IMG/VR virus record: IMGVR_UViG_3300046832_000701
Span: 1-38,390 of that record
Length of the DNA stretch: 38,390 bases
Strand: one strand, 5' to 3'
From: a virus
Lineage: Duplodnaviria; Caudoviricetes
Shown: positions 36,578-38,390 of the stretch, in pieces
How the letters are laid out: each line of letters starts with the position of its first letter
How positions within the stretch are numbered: position 1 is the first letter of the stretch
Notes under the pieces: generated by a model
What the model saw: only the letters and a program-made list of their open reading frames with translations
Told to the model about the DNA's origin: nothing
The model's database searches: none
Program-made: the position numbers and the translations under genes

Positions 36578-37908
36578 TTGACGGATTGCCACCCCACGAC
36601 CTTGAAGGCGAGCAGGGCGTCCTCGGTTGCTCGTTGCTGGACCCTTCGAAGCTCGACCACGCCCGCGAGTTTGGGGTTGAAGAGGCTTGGTTCTACGACC
36701 TTCGCCATCAAACGCTCTGGACAACGCTTTGCCGATGCGCGGACAACGGCACAGGGATGGACCTGATTGCCTTTGGTGGAGCCTTGAAGCGAGACGGATG
36801 CTTGGAAGGCGTTGGAGGACTCGCCTACATCAGCGACATCATGGGCGCCGTCCCCAGCGCGGAGAACTTGGCGTACTACCTGCCGATGGTGCGCGACAAG
36901 TTCAGGCTTCGGAAGCTGCTGACAGCCGCAACGGAGATCATTCAAGCCGTCCGCGAGAAGCCAGAAGACACGGAAACGGCCATTTCCGAAGCGGAAACGG
37001 CCATCCTAGGCGTTAGAGGCGAGTTCGGGGACCGAAGTGACACCACGGCCCGAAAAGTGGCCAGGCAAGCCGTTGACGACGTTCAAGAGCGCATTTCGGG
37101 AAGCGAACAAGGATTGCCGGTTGGATGGCGCATGCTGGATTGGGTGACAAGAGGCGGATTCCGAGCTGGGGAGATGATCGTGATAGCCGGCCGACCCGCT
37201 ACCGGCAAAACGTCACTGGCCATGACAATGACGCGCCTCATTGCAGGCCGAGGAGTGCCCGTTGGGGTCATCAGCCTCGAAATGAGCGGTCGAGAGCTTG
37301 GTGCCCGGTTTCTGGCGCAGGAGTCACGGTTCTCATGGGACCAGTTCGATCTACATCGGAAGCCGTCCGCTCAAGAGTTTCAGCGCATGACAACCGCGGC
37401 GGCGTCTTTCGGGCAGATGCCGATTGTGATCTTTGAAGGGTCAAGCATCAGCGTCGGGGGGATTGCAGCCAAAGCCAGGAGGTGGGTCAGGTCGCACGGA
37501 ATCAAGTTGCTTGTGATTGACTACCTGCAACTGGTCAGCGGCAACCCGAAGATTCAACGCAGGGAGCAGGTCGACGAGATCAGTGGAGGAATCAAGAGGC
37601 TGGCCAAGGAACTCGCGTTGCCTGTCATTGCACTCGCGCAGTTGAGCCGGGACATCGAGAAGGACAAGGACCGCAAGCCACGCATGTCAGACCTGCGAGA
37701 GTCAGGCGCGATTGAGCAGGACGCCGACTTCGTTGGCATGCTTTACCGGGCGGGCAAGGCGACTGAGTTTGAGGACGATCCAGACATGGTTGAGGTCAAC
37801 TTGCACGTCGCCAAGTTCAGGCGCGGAACGTCCCAAATCGACGTGCCTTTCATGTTTCACAAATCACTGACGGAGTTTACACCGATTGAGAAAGAGAAAC
37901 CCGAATGA
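36574..37908 (+). CDS. dnaB: Replicative DNA helicase, DnaB family
   Basis: PPHDLEGEQGVLG, IAGRPATGKT, SLEMS, VIDYLQL, AQLSR and DLRESGAIEQDAD motifs; ATG 36574 overlaps the initiator stop. Confidence 0.95.
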   Translation: MIDGLPPHDLEGEQGVLGCSLLDPSKLDHAREFGVEEAWFYDLRHQTLWTTLCRCADNGTGMDLIAFGGALKRDGCLEGVGGLAYISDIMGAVPSAENLAYYLPMVRDKFRLRKLLTAATEIIQAVREKPEDTETAISEAETAILGVRGEFGDRSDTTARKVARQAVDDVQERISGSEQGLPVGWRMLDWVTRGGFRAGEMIVIAGRPATGKTSLAMTMTRLIAGRGVPVGVISLEMSGRELGARFLAQESRFSWDQFDLHRKPSAQEFQRMTTAAASFGQMPIVIFEGSSISVGGIAAKARRWVRSHGIKLLVIDYLQLVSGNPKIQRREQVDEISGGIKRLAKELALPVIALAQLSRDIEKDKDRKPRMSDLRESGAIEQDADFVGMLYRAGKATEFEDDPDMVEVNLHVAKFRRGTSQIDVPFMFHKSLTEFTPIEKEKPE

Positions 37909-38087
37909 ACCAAGCAGCAATCTGGAGCGATGAGGCCAAGGCCAACGAAGCCGTTCAAAAGGCCGTGAGAGAGCGTCAGGAGTTTTTGCAATGGTGGCGT
38001 GAGTGGGCCACTCCGCGAAACGTAGACACCGCATGGGTGAGGGAAATGCAATATGAGGCTTGGAAGGCTGCGAGGAGGAGCGAATGA
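37905..38087 (+). CDS. Hypothetical protein
   Basis: ATGA overlaps at both ends. Confidence 0.6.
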   Translation: MNQAAIWSDEAKANEAVQKAVRERQEFLQWWREWATPRNVDTAWVREMQYEAWKAARRSE

Positions 38088-38335
38088 AACCTCTACCCAA
38101 GATCCCATGGGACAAGGCCCCGCCGTGGGCCAACTATGCCGCGTATCAGCCCACCGGAGTCCTTCGATGGTTTGAGTGGGAGCCGATATTGCAACACAGC
38201 CAATGGTGCCTGAGTTTGTTTGGCGGAAGGTACCAAGACCATGAGCCAGTCAGACGCGAAGGCTGGGAGGGGTCGCTGGAGCGACGGCCGGCAAAGATTG
38301 GGAAGTCAACGACGGGAAAAAGGAGGAGCGAGTGA
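38084..38335 (+). CDS. Hypothetical Trp-rich protein
   Basis: GGAGGAG RBS; 'WDKAPPWANYAA...G...W...P' pattern common in small phage proteins. Confidence 0.65.
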   Translation: MKPLPKIPWDKAPPWANYAAYQPTGVLRWFEWEPILQHSQWCLSLFGGRYQDHEPVRREGWEGSLERRPAKIGKSTTGKRRSE

Positions 38336-38390
38336 GCATTGATCAAATCGTGGACAGGTTGCGAGATCTGAAGTGGTGCATCGACGACGA
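38264..38390. repeat. Terminal direct repeat, copy 2
   Basis: Identical to 1-127. Confidence 0.95.

Overview
The window looks like a complete, circularly assembled ~38.26-kb tailed-phage genome: the last 127 nt (38264-38390) repeat the first 127 nt. From ~0.7 to 22 kb is a lambda-like virion module: terminase subunits, gpW-like protein, lambda-family portal, ClpP-type protease/scaffold, major capsid, spike/fibre genes, holin-like genes, neck, tail tube, a short tape measure and a large tail protein. A short leftward block, a strongly self-complementary region and a Cro-like HTH gene with four operator-like sites follow. The rightward early/replication arm carries RecT, a PD-(D/E)XK exonuclease, a RuvC-like resolvase, SSB, a helicase-methyltransferase fusion, an HNH protein, an initiator with iterons and DnaB. 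No integrase or endolysin was recognised. The most striking feature is at 24381-26014. An array of hairpin-punctuated non-coding units, three of them built from strictly 5-nt-periodic GGY-NN repeats, lies directly upstream of a stand-alone Cas7/RAMP-like gene and a coupled partner gene. This is a candidate compact, non-CRISPR RNA-guided system. All protein calls come from motif recognition by eye and from synteny, not from database searches.
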